Source: Octopus bimaculoides (Eukaryota). Taken from it: a stretch of DNA of 64,000 bases. Shown here one piece after another: positions 14,413-28,128 of this stretch. The stretch is from positions 127,099,154 through 127,163,153 of the forward strand of contig NC_068984.1 of NCBI RefSeq assembly GCF_001194135.2. Direction: 5' to 3'. How positions within the stretch are numbered: position 1 is the stretch's first letter; the number at the start of each line of letters is the position of its first letter. Under the pieces are notes generated by a model, which made no database searches, was not told the DNA's origin, and saw only the letters and a list, made by a program, of their open reading frames with translations. Both the position numbers and the translations under genes were made by a program.

Positions 14413-14790
14413 TAGCACCATTTGACCATGGCTGATGCCAGTGCCGCCTGACTGGCAGCCATGTCAGTGACACATAAAGAGCACCATTCGAGTGTGGCTG
14501 ACGCCAGTGCCACCTGACTGGCACTCATGTCAGTGGCACATAAAAAGCACCATTCGAGCATGGCTGATGCCAGTACCATCTGACTGGCTCCTATGCTGGT
14601 GGCATGTAAAAACCACCCACTACACTCTTGGAGTGGTTGGCGTTAGGAAGGGCATCTAGCTGTAGAAACCTTGCCAAATCAGATTGGAGCCTGGTGCAGC
14701 CTCCCAGCTTGCCAGTTCTCAGTCAAACCGTCCAACCCATGGCAGCATGGAAAGCGGACGTTAAACGATGATGATGATGATGATGATGAT
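14413..14790 (+). mobile_element. RTE LINE 3'UTR fragment with three ~64-bp tandem units and (GAT)n tail
   Basis: gagtggttggcgttaggaagggcatc...atggaaagcggacgttaaacgatgatgat is the same tail that follows the RTE ORF at 47209. Confidence 0.85.
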
Positions 14791-15539
14791 GATATATATA
14801 CATATCACTAGTAAAGGTAAAATAGTCAGGTAGATAAAGATATTGCATTTCCAGCTCATAGATAATGAATTCAAATCCACAATATGTTGTCATTGTTAGG
14901 AATGGGTACCAGATCATCTAGAAATGTTACCTGTGTTAGGTAGACGCCTACCTAACCACTCAATTCATATTCTGATACCTTAACAAATACATAGTCGTAA
15001 AAAGTCCTTTGGGATATTTAAGTTGTAAGGAAACTTTTTTAAGTATAGATATTAGCAAATCCTGTTTACACATGTATACAGATACATGAAATATATACCT
15101 GAGTATATATGCTGTGTATGTGAATGTTAACCTGTATTCTGCATGTGCAGGAATAATTGCACTTATATGAGTTTATACATATACAAAGGCACACACATGC
15201 ACACATATATATTTATATACTGTGTACCAGAACATAATACACATGTATGAATATGTATATATATGTAGTTGTTGGTTAAGACTGGTTAGAAAGTGACTTG
15301 GTTTCACATCTATTATTGCTCTGATATATACAGGTTGCAGCAGAAAGATTGCCCAAATTTCAAATTATTAATCTTTGAAATTGGGGCAACCTTGTATATA
15401 TATATATATATATNNNNNNNNNNTATACACACACACATTGTCTGATGTCATAAGAATTTATAAAATTTCAAGAGATTGTGAAATAGTCTTTTATTGGAAC
15501 CAGATCTCAAAGTACATATTAAGCTATAAATAATGCCCT

Positions 15540-15840
15540 GTGGTGTGGAGATGCATGGCTTAGTGGTTAGAGTGTTGAACTCACAATCGTAAGATTGTGG
15601 TTTCGATTCCTGGACTTGTCGATGCATTGTGTTCTCGAGCAAAACACTTCATTTCATGTTGCTCCAGTCCACTCAGCTGTAGAAATAAGTACCACTAGTG
15701 GAGGTGTGTTGCTTAGTGGTCAAGGTGTACCATTCACGACTGTAAGGTTGTGGTTCGATCCCTAGACCAGGCAATCCATTGTGTTCTTGAGCAAAACACT
15801 TCATTTCACATTGCTCCAGTCCACTCAGCTGACAAAAATG
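15540..15840 (+). mobile_element. Two tandem tRNA-derived SINEs, family C (CORE-like central domain)
   Basis: A box tggcttagtgg, B box gtttcgattcc/ggttcgatccc, then tgtgttct(c/t)gagcaaaacacttcatttca..ttgctccagtccactcagctg in both. Confidence 0.8.
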
Positions 15841-16858
15841 AATTTAGCCTGGAAAGTGATGGGCTCCACCAGGCTTTTTCACCTAGATATGCTACACCAC
15901 TGCAGCACTCCAGTGGCCCACAAGGGGTTAAGGGACTTGTCAAAATATTAGGTTGAAAAACACTTTGGGATAGAAAAATATATACATGCTGTTATTTGTA
16001 GCTTTATATGTGCTTCAAAATCTAGTTCCACAAAAGAAACCTATTTACATACATATATATACATACACGCAGATTGTANNNNNNNNNNNNNNNNNNNNNN
16101 NNNNNNNNNNNNNNNNNNNNNNNNNNNNNNNNNNNNNNNNNNNNNNNNNNNNNNNNNNNNNNNNNNNNNNNNNNNNNNNNNNNNNNNNNNNNNNNNNNNN
16201 NNNNNNNNNNNNNNNNNNNNNNNNNNNNNNNNNNNNNNNNNNNNNNNNNNNNNNNNNNNNNNNNNNNNNNNNNNNNNNNNNNNNNNNNNNNNNNNNNNNN
16301 NNNNNNNNNNNNNNNNNNNNNNNNNNNNNNNNNNNNNNNNNNNNNNNNNNNNNNNNNNNNNNNNNNNNNNNNNNNNNNNNNNNNNNNNNNNNNNNNNNNN
16401 NNNNNNNNNNNNNNNNNNNNNNNNNNNNNNNNNNNNNNNNNNNNNNNNNNNNNNNNNNNNNNNNNNNNNNNNNNNNNNNNNNNNNNNNNNNNNNNNNNNN
16501 NNNNNNNNNNNNNNNNNNNNNNNNNNNNNNNNNNNNNNNNNNNNNNNNNNNNNNNNNNNNNNNNNNNNNNNNNNNNNNNNNNNNNNNNNNNNNNNNNNNN
16601 NNNNNNNNNNNNNNNNNNNNNNNNNNNNNNNNNNNNNNNNNNNNNNNNNNNNNNNNNNNNNNNNNNNNNNNNNNNNNNNNNNNNNNNNNNNNNNNNNNNN
16701 NNNNNNNNNNNNNNNNNNNNNNNNNNNNNNNNNNNNNNNNNNNNNNNNNNNNNNNNNNNNNNNNNNNNNNNNNNNNNNNNNNNNNNNNNNNNNNNNNNNN
16801 NNNNNNNNNNNNNNNNNNNNNNNNNNNNNNNNNNNNNNNNNNNNNNNNNNNNNNNNNN

Positions 16859-16898
<40 letters not shown>

Positions 16899-16947
16899 AT
16901 CAATGCATATATGTATGTGTAAGTGTGTGCATGTGTATGTGTGTATG

Positions 16948-16985
<38 letters not shown>

Positions 16986-17160
16986 GGACATTAGATATTT
17001 AATGTCATCATCTTACATTTCATTCAATTGCAGTAGATGAATATACACACCCACACACATGCATATATATTTATATGTTTGCGTGTATGTCTGTATATGT
17101 ATATATACATATTAAAAATTTAATTACATCATCTAACATTTCATTTATTTGCCCTAGAGC

Positions 17161-17203
<43 letters not shown>

Positions 17204-17318
17204 GTATGTATATATATATATATATATACATGCNNNNNNNNNNTATATATATATATACACATATGTGGATAGGTAAATGCATATATATATATGTGTGGGT
17301 ATATATACAGACATACAT

Positions 17319-17371
<53 letters not shown>

Positions 17372-18469
17372 CCTTTACTCACAAATACACAATGTATGTG
17401 TGTGTGCAGGCACATTGGCCTGTGTGCATGTGCACATGTGTGTGTGTATAATATGCAAGATATATTTCAGAAATCTGGGTCTGTTTATATGAGTATTTCT
17501 GTATTGCTTGATAATCTGATAAACATGAAAGGTTGTAGTGGCGCCTTGTTGCACACAAATGGTACCAGTGAAATACTGTATGATGAAAACAACACCTTAC
17601 TCACCGCCAAAAAAATATATTAATGATAATTATAATAACAATAAAACCATTATCAAACGCTAAAGAAATAAATATAAAATTTTCCTTTTTTAAAAAATGT
17701 AAAATGCAAAACTAGTAAAAGCTAACAAATTAAGATCATTTATATTTCTATGAAAGGAAATAATTATCGTAACACTGGAAATATTCAGATCATATTTATT
17801 TTTTGATGAAATAAAATTAGTAGAATTTCATTTTTTTTTTGTGTGTGTATGTGTATGTGTTTCTTCTTAGTAAACTCTCTTTAGATATATAGAGATAGAT
17901 ATCTTTATTCTCTTGTGAATCAAAAATCAAATTTATGAAAGACTGGAATTCATTTTTTTTTTTTTTCTGAAATCGTATTTTGTTGTTATATTTTTAATTA
18001 TATATACATATATATATATATATTTATTTTTTGTTGTCTTTTTGGAGGTGCAGGTTTGGGGGAAGGGATGGGTAAATTATGGAGGTGTTTAGCCAAAAAT
18101 AAACCTGGCCAGGATGGGAAAGGGTGAAGGCAGAATTGAATCATAGAAAGTAGAATTCAAAATGCCCCACACCTCCTTCTCTTTCTTGCTGCCTTGGCCT
18201 TGGCAGAACCTCAATTAAGATAGTAGATTGATAATTAATGATGATGTGTTAATGACAATAATAATAATAAAATCAGAGGATTTTGTCACCAACTTCCGCC
18301 TTCCAAACCAAAGCAATAACTAAAGCATGTCATCTTTTCTTTGAGGACGGGTATGGGAGGGTACAATGTTTTTTTTTCTCTATGTAAATAAAATATTTAT
18401 TGTAATCACAGGAATTATCAGTAGTAGTAGTAGTAATAATGGTAGTAGTAGTAGTAGTAGTAGTTGTTG

Positions 18470-18700
18470 TGGCTGGTAGAATCAATAGAGTGGTGGACAG
18501 GTGAACTGTGACTAAAATACCTTGTGGTATTTATTTATCTTTATATTCTGAGTTTAAAAAATTTCTTTTTGCCTTTTATCCCCTCCCACTGCATGGTGGT
18601 GATTAAATAGGTACCACTCATATAATGGGATTGATTCTATAGATTATACATCCCCTACAAATTTCAGGCCATGTGCCAATTTAAGAACTATAATGTTTAT
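18470..18700 (+). mobile_element. SINE family A (old)
   Basis: ggctggtagaatc...ttctgagttt...gccttttatcc...aggtacca...ggccatgtgcc. Confidence 0.6.
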
Positions 18701-19233
18701 CAATATTATTATTATTATTATTACTAGTTGTAATAATAGCAGTAGTAACTCTTAATAATATTAGTAGTAACAGGAGTAATAATATAAATCATAATGGCAG
18801 CAGCAATAGTATTCATAGTAGTAGTAGTGGTTATAGTAGCATAATGGCTGTGGTGGTGCTGGTGGTGATGGTCATGTTACCAGCAAACAGAACTAACATT
18901 TTTTTTAAAAAAAACGTCTTTTCTTTTTCTTTCTTTATAATCATGTTATGATAATCATAATTAAATGCTCATTTCTCTTTGTCTTTCTTTTCATTTCTCC
19001 TGCCCTCACCCCCTCTCTCTCTCTGTCTTTTTCTCTTTTCCTCTTTCTCTTTTCTTACTCTCTCTTTCTTGCTCCTGTTTTTTCTCTGTCTGTCTGTCTC
19101 TCTCTCTCGCTCTACTTATTTACATTCACTTCAGCAATATTTCAGAAAACATTTTACAGAGTATGTAGTTTAAATGCCAATTGTAGTTAGTATAGAAAGT
19201 AGTATCAGTACATATATATATATATATACATAC

Positions 19234-19270
<37 letters not shown>

Positions 19271-20163
19271 NNNNNNNNNNNNNNNNNNNNNNNNNNNNNN
19301 NNNNNNNNNNNNNNNNNNNNNNNNNNNNNNNNNNNNNNNNNNNNNNNNNNNNNNNNNNNNNNNNNNNNNNNNNNNNNNNNNNNNNNNNNNNNNNNNNNNN
19401 NNNNNNNNNNNNNNNNNNNNNNNNNNNNNNNNNNNNNNNNNNNNNNNNNNNNNNNNNNNNNNNNNNNNNNNNNNNNNNNNNNNNNNNNNNNNNNNNNNNN
19501 NNNNNNNNNNNNNNNNNNNNNNNNNNNNNNNNNNNNNNNNNNNNNNNNNNNNNNNNNNNNNNNNNNNNNNNNNNNNNNNNNNNNNNNNNNNNNNNNNNNN
19601 NNNNNNNNNNNNNNNNNNNNNNNNNNNNNNNNNNNNNNNNNNNNNNNNNNNNNNNNNNNNNNNNNNNNNNNNNNNNNNNNNNNNNNNNNNNNNNNNNNNN
19701 NNNNNNNNNNNNNNNNNNNNNNNNNNNNNNNNNNNNNNNNNNNNNNNNNNNNNNNNNNNNNNNNNNNNNNNNNNNNNNNNNNNNNNNNNNNNNNNNNNNN
19801 NNNNNNNNNNNNNNNNNNNNNNNNNNNNNNNNNNNNNNNNNNNNNNNNNNNNNNNNNNNNNNNNNNNNNNNNNNNNNNNNNNNNNNNNNNNNNNNNNNNN
19901 NNNNNNNNNNNNNNNNNNNNNNNNNNNNNNNNNNNNNNNNNNNNNNNNNNNNNNNNNNNNNNNNNNNNNNNNNNNNNNNNNNNNNNNNNNNNNNNNNNNN
20001 NNNNNNNNNNNNNNNNNNNNNNNNNNNNNNNNNNNNNNNNNNNNNNNNNNNNNNNNNNNNNNNNNNNNNNNNNNNNNNNNNNNNNNNNNNNNNNNNNNNN
20101 NNNNNNNNNNNNNNNNNNNNNNNNNNNNNNNNNNNATGTGTGTGTATATATATATATGTGTGT

Positions 20164-20215
<52 letters not shown>

Positions 20216-20606
20216 ATATATATATATGTATAGACACACAGGCATACATATCTATATTCGCATATATGTTTCAAGTGACAAACTGTTGATGTGATTTTCT
20301 TAAAACAATTCCTGTTAACGATGCTTATGAAACATCACTCTAACACATGGTGAACAATGATGTCCTTTGTAATATCACCAAAGAACTTTCTTTAGATGGA
20401 AATTTCATTAAAAGAATGGATTAAATGAAAACATACCTATGTGTGTGTGTGTGTGTGTGTGTGTGCGCGTGCACACGTGTATACATATGTATATATATGT
20501 ACATATATACATGTATATGTATAAATATATATACATATATACATGCAAACATACATACACATACACACATATACGGGTGTATAGTGTGTATGTATGTATG
20601 TATGCA

Positions 20607-20647
<41 letters not shown>

Positions 20648-21316
20648 TGTAAAGATTACCTGAGGAGTTTCTTGATCTCATAGCAACAAAGAGTTCTTCA
20701 AAATTATGCTGAAAGAGTTCCTTAATGTTTTGACAAAAAAAATTGTTTGCCAAAACTCACAGATATGAAGTTGCTATGAAATTATTTTTTATTTTTTCTA
20801 ATTTTTTTTTTATTTAATGTTTTAGCCATAATGTTGTATGCTAATGTACAGACATTTTTTTATTTATTTATATATTTTTTCCAATTCTTACTGAAGTCAA
20901 CCTACTGCTGTACTGTAACAATGCATGATTGCTAGTTATTGCACCCTCTTTCACAATTGATTTTAGTCTTTTGACAACGTTCTTTTCTAGGAGCATTCTT
21001 TCCCTTCTTAAAAAAAAAAAATAAATAAATGATATTCATACATGAGATCCTCCCTACCAATGTAGTCTATATTTATTGGAATCAATCAGACCCTTTTTTT
21101 ATCTGCCAAAGAATTTCCAATAATATAAATATCAATACCCCAAACTAGCCTGGACTCTTTTTCACTCACAACCACAATAAAGGGTGTGGGTGAGACTGTA
21201 GACTGAAATAAATCAAGCTATGTACCATACATGCATACATAAGATTAGATTTAATGACAAATATTGTTAGCATATGCAAATATATATATTTTTAGATTTT
21301 CAGTTATTAGTTGAAT

Positions 21317-21347
<31 letters not shown>

Positions 21348-21355
21348 GTACACAG

Positions 21356-21387
<32 letters not shown>

Positions 21388-21523
21388 GTATATATTCAGT
21401 TTGTACCCTGTATCTTATATTGAGTACTTTTCCTCTGGTTTGTTATAAACAATATATATATGTATATGTATGTTTGTGTATGTGTATACATTATGTATAT
21501 GTATGTTTGTGCATGTGTATATG

Positions 21524-21573
<50 letters not shown>

Positions 21574-22784
21574 TGCATGTATGTATGTATGTACATAAAT
21601 ATGTGTACATGCATGTATATAGGTGCTAAAATATTTGGCACAAAAAAACAACTTCAACAACATAAAATGCCTGATGAATTTATGGGTAGACAAGCACTTT
21701 GAGTTGAAAAATAAAAAAATGAATAAAAAAATAATATTTACTAACAATAATTCAGTGCAATCATCAACAATATCAACAGCAATAAAAAACAACAATCAAT
21801 AACATGTATTAAAAAAACATGAATTATGTACTACAAGCTAAACGTGGGGTTCCAATTGGTGGAACCCCTTCAAGAAAAAGTTGATAAACAAGGATGAGCT
21901 TGTATTTTGTTGCTAATCTATCAAACAACCCTTCTTATATAAAAAGCCAATAGCAATAATTCTTTTCATTGCACTCAGAACTTAGCATGACTTTGAAAGT
22001 TCTCTTGTCCACATGACTATTGCTGAAGTCATGATGTCATTAAATTGATGAAACTTACATAAGTTCTGAGTTGCAGCTAAAAACATATAATCACACAACT
22101 TATATTTCACTCTTAACTGGATTAGTAACTGATCCAGCTCTATAGTATTAATACAATCTTGGGTAATTTCAACATAAAATATTTCAACATAAGATATTTC
22201 AACATATCATAAAAGCATTACCTTATGCCTTTTGATAAGACAAGAGGAAATCCTAACAAATCGCTGTCATAATGTAATTTTTTTGTAATATATATTATGA
22301 TAACAATTGGTTACTGAAGAAACCAAATAATATAAATAAATTTATGCTGTAGATGCTATTGTTCCTCTATATTTGTAATATAATGTTACATGTCACAAAG
22401 TGCTGACTGCTATACCACTGTAAGATTATACCACTAATTTACTGCTGAAGTGTTAATATATGTTTGTGTGTATGTGTATGTATTTGTTTACATATGCCCA
22501 CATAGTGTTGACATATGTGTATATATGTATGTGTGTGTGCGTGTGTGTATCTACTCAATTATAAATGAAGATATATATTTGCATAGTATAATATATGTTG
22601 CTATATATATACTTATGTGTGTGTGTGTGTATATATATACACATCTATATGTATATATATATATATGCATATATGTATATATATACATATATATATATGT
22701 AATACAGGTATGGAGACTTACACCTCAGGACTTCAAGTTTCTGTGTCAATGGTAATCAGCACACTATTTCAACTGTCAGTTTGT

Positions 22785-22829
<45 letters not shown>

Positions 22830-23424
22830 NNNNNNNNNNNNNNNNNNNNNNNNNNNNNNNNNNNNNNNNNNNNNNNNNNNNNNNNNNNNNNNNNNNNNNN
22901 NNNNNNNNNNNNNNNNNNNNNNNNNNNNNNNNNNNNNNNNNNNNNNNNNNNNNNNNNNNNNNNNNNNNNNNNNNNNNNNNNNNNNNNNNNNNNNNNNNNN
23001 NNNNNNNNNNNNNNNNNNNNNNNNNNNNNNNNNNNNNNNNNNNNNNNNNNNNNNNNNNNNNNNNNNNNNNNNNNNNNNNNNNNNNNNNNNNNNNNNNNNN
23101 NNNNNNNNNNNNNNNNNNNNNNNNNNTATGTAGTGTTTATATTTGAGTATATTCTATGCAGTATATAAACATATACATGTGTACATATATTTCTGTATCT
23201 AAACACAGATGTACGCCTACATAGTATAAATGTAGTTATACATATATAAGTGTGAGTGTGTGTGTGTATACGAACACACATGCTCATGCATACAGACACA
23301 TACACACACACACATAACACATACATACAAGCATATAAATATACATGCATATACATACATATACATATATATGTGTACATGTGTGTGTATATGTATATAT
23401 AATAATAATATATATATATGTATG

Positions 23425-23469
<45 letters not shown>

Positions 23470-24654
23470 TCAGTATCTAGATGTTGATACATCACTACAT
23501 AGTATGTGGTTATATGTACCAACATATTGTATGCCTCAACATCATGTTTAGATATAGGTATGTCTGTGTGTACACAAGCTAGGTGGATAGAAAGGATATA
23601 TAGACGTGTGTATGTGAAATATATAGACAACTTGTTTAGTAATTGGTTGTATGAAGTCTGTTAGTGAAGACTACTTTCTATATGAATTGATGTCCAATAA
23701 ACACATTGTGCTGTGTGTGAGAATAAGCACAAAAACAATGATGAGAAACATTGTTTTTTCAACTTAGACTTTAGGTCTATATTCTTCTTCTTACAATCAG
23801 AATAGTTTGACCAATTAGAATTGTAATTTTAATTTTAGAAAACAGTTTTCTTCACAACAACAACAACAACAGCTACTGAAAAAAAAAAGATGTCAAAAAA
23901 TATATCAATACAATTATAGTTTGGAAAAAGTGAAACAAAGAAAAAAAAAAAGGAAAAAGGAAAAAAAAAATGACTGAAATTTTATGGAAAACAAAAACGA
24001 AAAAAAAATTAATCAAATAAATCTAACAAGAAGGACAAATAAACAAATAATAAACAAAAAGATACAATTGAATAAATGCAAAAAAAAAAAAAAAAGCAAC
24101 CAAAAATGTCACAGGTGACTTACAGGCAAGACATTAGTTGTTAAAGATGTAAGTTGTATGTGCAGTAGTGATTAATCTGCAACTCTTGTTACATCAAGAT
24201 GGAGATACCAGATGAAAAATTAAAACAAATATATTTGATTTTAAGGATGGCAAAGAATGTCAAAGTTAGACCTGCATTGTTACTGTGGGGTGACTGTCGT
24301 TTTCTTTTTTTTCTTTTTTCTTTTTTTTTTCCGGCAGCAACTGTTTGTTTGTTGCTCAGTTTGTGGTTGATTCAGAAATTATTTGGTGAAGACTTCATAC
24401 TATTTGAAGTCATTATAAAAACTCATGTGCAATAATGTCTTTCTTTAATTTCAGTATTATAATAAATATCAATCCGTCTTGTTTTTTCCTCTGAGTTGAT
24501 TTTCATTTGAATTACTTTGAAAATCTCAAAATTTATGGTTATCTTTGTATTTGCACTGTCTTTTATAGTTTACTTGTTTCACTCATTGGACTGTAACCAT
24601 GCTTGAAGTGTTTAGCAAAGCAAATGAACCACAATACTTATATATATATATATA

Positions 24655-24830
24655 TGGGAGAATTTACGAAAAAAACAACAGACGAAGACAGGTGGTGTAA
24701 ACAACAAATGGATGTATTAGTTTAATGCTCAGGAATAAAGAAAGTCTTTGACGTTTCGAGCCTATGCTCTTCAACTGAAAGGAACACAGAAAGAAACAAG
24801 GAGAAAAAAAAATATAAATATAGTGGTCAG
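24655..24830 (-). mobile_element. Probable Penelope-like pseudo-LTR fragment with hammerhead-like core, between (TA)n tracts
   Basis: Minus strand reads TTGAAGA-gcataggctc-GAAAC-GTC (24750-24774); flanked by TA microsatellites. Confidence 0.45.
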
Positions 24831-24843
24831 TGATCTATCATGG

Positions 24844-24890
<47 letters not shown>

Positions 24891-24936
24891 TATATATAAA
24901 AACAGAATCAAACACACAAACGCAAGGTGCGTGCAT

Positions 24937-25241
24937 TGTTAGTTTATCAAGTGGCTGCATTTTGGGGGGATGTAAGAGAATATACTTTCAATGCCCCTGG
25001 TGTAAAGCACCTGAAAGTAAGTCATAGACAAGTGAGACAATTCACATCAAATCCCTTTTTTATGGAGCGACAGACATCAATGTTTCATCATTGTTTTGAC
25101 TTACCAATGCCACCCTGAAAAAAGGGATTTGATGTGAGTTGTCTCTCTTGTCTATGACTTACTTTCAAGTGTTTTACACCAGGAGCACTGAGACTATATT
25201 CTCTTATGCCCCCAAAAGTGCAGCTGTCCGATGAGCTAACA
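24937..25241. mobile_element. MITE-like element with ~125-bp imperfect terminal inverted repeats
   Basis: 24937-25061 is the reverse complement of 25118-25241 (shared core gaaagtaagtcatagacaag.gagacaa.tcacatcaaatccctttt); ~56-bp spacer. Confidence 0.9.
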
Positions 25242-25348
25242 ACACACACACCTTGTGTACGTGTGTTTTATTTTGTTTACATACTGTGAGCTGCTTCTAA
25301 TTCATATTTGAATATAGATGTATTAATACATGTGTGTGTGTGTGCATA

Positions 25349-25757
25349 TACAGGGTACGTAAGATATTTGAGGACAGATTTTTGTTTATAAAAAAAACAG
25401 ATATATAATAACAGATAATAATTTTATTTATCAAAAATTACTATGAGGATAAAAATAAACCTTCTTTTCTATAATGTTATTCAACAAAGCCACCTTCAGC
25501 TTCAACAACTGCTTCTATATGAGATCTAAATCATCTACATGCTTGAACCAAGTGGTCCTGGTTCATTTTAGACATTACTCTGACTATGGCAGCTTTCAAA
25601 GAATCTTTGATGTTATGTGTGTGTTCATTGACCTCTCTCTCTCAACAACTCGCCACATGTAATAGTCCAATGGATAAAGATCTGGGGAATTAGGAGGCCA
25701 AAATGTAAGGAGTTATGTGATCATGAAAATTTTCAGCCATCCATTTCTGTGTTGTCA
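25349..25757 (-). mobile_element. Tc1/mariner DD37D (maT-like) transposon, 3' part with terminus (copy B)
   Basis: TTQKWMAENFHDHITPYI/WPPNSPDLYPLDYYMWRVVE...LKAAIVRVMSKM...FRSHIEAVVEAEGGFVE*; ends in TA|CAGGGT at 25349. Confidence 0.9.
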
Positions 25758-26330
25758 TAATCCTTGCCTTCAGTTCATCTTTGGTGTTGCAAAGAGTTTT
25801 GTTGGTCTCTCACTCAACTGTGCCCCACACATAATAATCAAATCTGGGGAACTAGGTGGCCAGATGTTAGGGATGATGTGGTTGCAGAAATTGTCTGACA
25901 GCCAAGACTAGATTCTTCTGCTTGTGTGGCATGGTGCAGAGTCCTACTGCCAGACATAGAGTCTTCCAGCAGCCACCCTCCTGACTCAGAGCAGCACTAG
26001 CTCCTCTAGGTACTTGATGTGGACTTCCATGTGGAGTCTGTGGCTGTGTGGGAAGATGAATGGAGGCATAATGTTGCCATCACTAGTGATCACTCGAAAC
26101 ACCATGATGTTGACTGGATGTTTGATTTTTAGCACTCTTGGTACATGTCCTCAGATTGCACTGCCTCAGGTTGACACCCAAGCACTCTGAAATGTTCATA
26201 TTGGAGCTTCTGGCATGAATGCCAAGCAGTACAGCATGTTGTTTCCAAATTTCTGGCTGAGTGAATTGCATCATGGTGCTGTTTTTCTTACAGACAGTGC
26301 CCAACTGACCCTACTATACTGTGTAGTTGA
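25758..26330 (-). mobile_element. Tc1/mariner DD37D (maT-like) transposon, internally deleted (copy A)
   Basis: N-terminus MMQFTQPEIWKQHAVLLGIHARSSNMNISECLGVN, then HPVNIMVFRVITSDGNIMPPFIFP...YVWQ*DSAPCHTS...WPPSSPD.FDYYVWGTVE...ELKAR. Confidence 0.9.
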
Positions 26331-26572
26331 CTGGACTCTGCACCATGCATTTGTCAACCTGAAGTTATACAAGAAGACATATGCCCAAGGTACTGGGCAT
26401 AGAGGCTAAAACCATGAGGCTGCAAATGAACTTCTTAACCACACATTCCTGAGTATATAAAATTAGACATGAGCAAGTATTGTCATAGAAGAGCTGTTTT
26501 TGACATCGTAATCATTGCATAAAAACTAGTACCTCTGTTTACCTTGGTTAAATGTAGCAACATCACTTAGAG

Positions 26573-27468
26573 CAGTTGTTCTCAACCACAGTCCATATGG
26601 CCTTTGGGGACACTAGCATAGTTAGAGGGGGTTGGAGGGGACAGTCTGCCCCAGGTGACACTTTTATGGAGGTGATACCACTTTTGGATCTGCTGTAGGC
26701 AATATGTATTTTTGTGGGGGCCTGGGACAGCAAACTAAAGGGCCACCCAGGTGGCACACTTTACACTAGTGCTTGGAAATCCATAGAGGATTTTATTGTT
26801 AAAATTCATGTGCAATAAATTGGTTATACTTCCACAATACACAAAATATTTAAAATGTTTTTCACAACCATAAGAGTATGAAGTGCTCCTCATGACCACA
26901 GGTTCGTGAGATGGTTGTGATCTGTAAACAGTTTTGAGTTGGGACCAGAAAGAGAAGTACGAACATGAACATGCAATGCATATGCGCACACTGAATCCAT
27001 AAAATGGAAGAGAAGAATAAAAATGCAATGTCAAACAAGTTATATAATGGATTGCATGCCATGGCTTATTTCTTTATTGCCCACAAGGGGCTAAACATAG
27101 AGGGGACAAACAAAAGGATTAAGTCGATTACATTAACCCCAGTGCATAACTGGTACTTAATTTATCGACCCCGAAAGGATAAAAGGCAAACTCGACCTCG
27201 GTGGAATTTGAACTCAGAACGTAACGGCAGACGAAATACCGCTAAGCATTCTGCCCGGCGTGCTAACATTTCTGCCAGCTTGCTGCTGTCTGACACCAAT
27301 ATCATGCAGCGTTGCTGCAGTTTTCTTGTTTATGCAATTTTTAACAACATTTAATTATAAAAATGCAGTAAGATTTCATTTTTTATACACATTGAATGGC
27401 TATGGGAGACCAGTAGAGTAAAATTTGAATCAAAGGGTGTATAGGCAAAAAATGGTTGAGAACCATTG
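26573..27468. mobile_element. Non-autonomous hAT (Charlie-like) element carrying nested insertions
   Basis: TIRs cagttgttctcaacca ... tggttgagaaccattg resemble CAGTGGTTCTCAACC; 8-bp flanks acttagag/attgagaa match at 5/8. Confidence 0.7.
27100..27290 (-). mobile_element. SINE family A, well preserved, nested in the hAT element
   Basis: Minus strand: gctggcagaaatgttagcacgccgggc...gttctgagttcaaattcc...tcctttcggggtcgataaattaagtaccagtt. Confidence 0.9.
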
Positions 27469-28128
27469 ATTGAGAATATATGACTTTAACCATTTAATCT
27501 CCACATCCTAAACATTAATGGGAAATTGAACAGTCCCAGGTATATCACTGGTACTTATTTCATCATCCTCTGAACAGAGAGATTAATAGGGAATATGGTT
27601 GATATAAAACAAGCAAGATTTGAACTTAGAATACAATGTTAGGAAACTAAGTACTGTAAGGTGTATTGTCTTGTGCTCTACTAGTAAGTTTAAATATATT
27701 AAGTTTTAAATCAGTACAAAATAGTACAGGAATTGTAGCAACCAATACACATATAACAGCAACAGCAACTGGAGCAGCAACAACAATCAAAACAGCAAAA
27801 TCAGTCCTGATATTGTGTTTATCTTTGGTTTTATTTTATAGTTTTAACAAAAATTGGGCAAAGGTGTGAAGTAAAAAGGAAAAAAAACGTAAAAGTAAAG
27901 AAAAAAGGGTAAAAATACAAAATATGAAATATAAAGTATAAAGCATGTATAACTTCTCAGGCCAAGAAGTAAAAGCTACTGGGGTTTTTTTTTTTTTTGG
28001 TGTTGTTGTTTTTGAAGGCAGCTGAGAATTTGTCATAAATATATACAAATTAGAAAGGAATTAACCACTAAATCTATTATTATGCTAAAAAACAAAAAAA
28101 ACAAAAAAAAAAAAAGAGACCTTCCTAC

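Noticed and set aside
14935-14956. 9-bp hairpin gttaggtag/ctacctaac
   Set aside because: Short enough to be chance; no Helitron CTRR end follows
12145-23630. Long ORFs rich in YI/CV/HT dipeptides or X
   Set aside because: Translations of (TA)n, (TG)n and N-gaps
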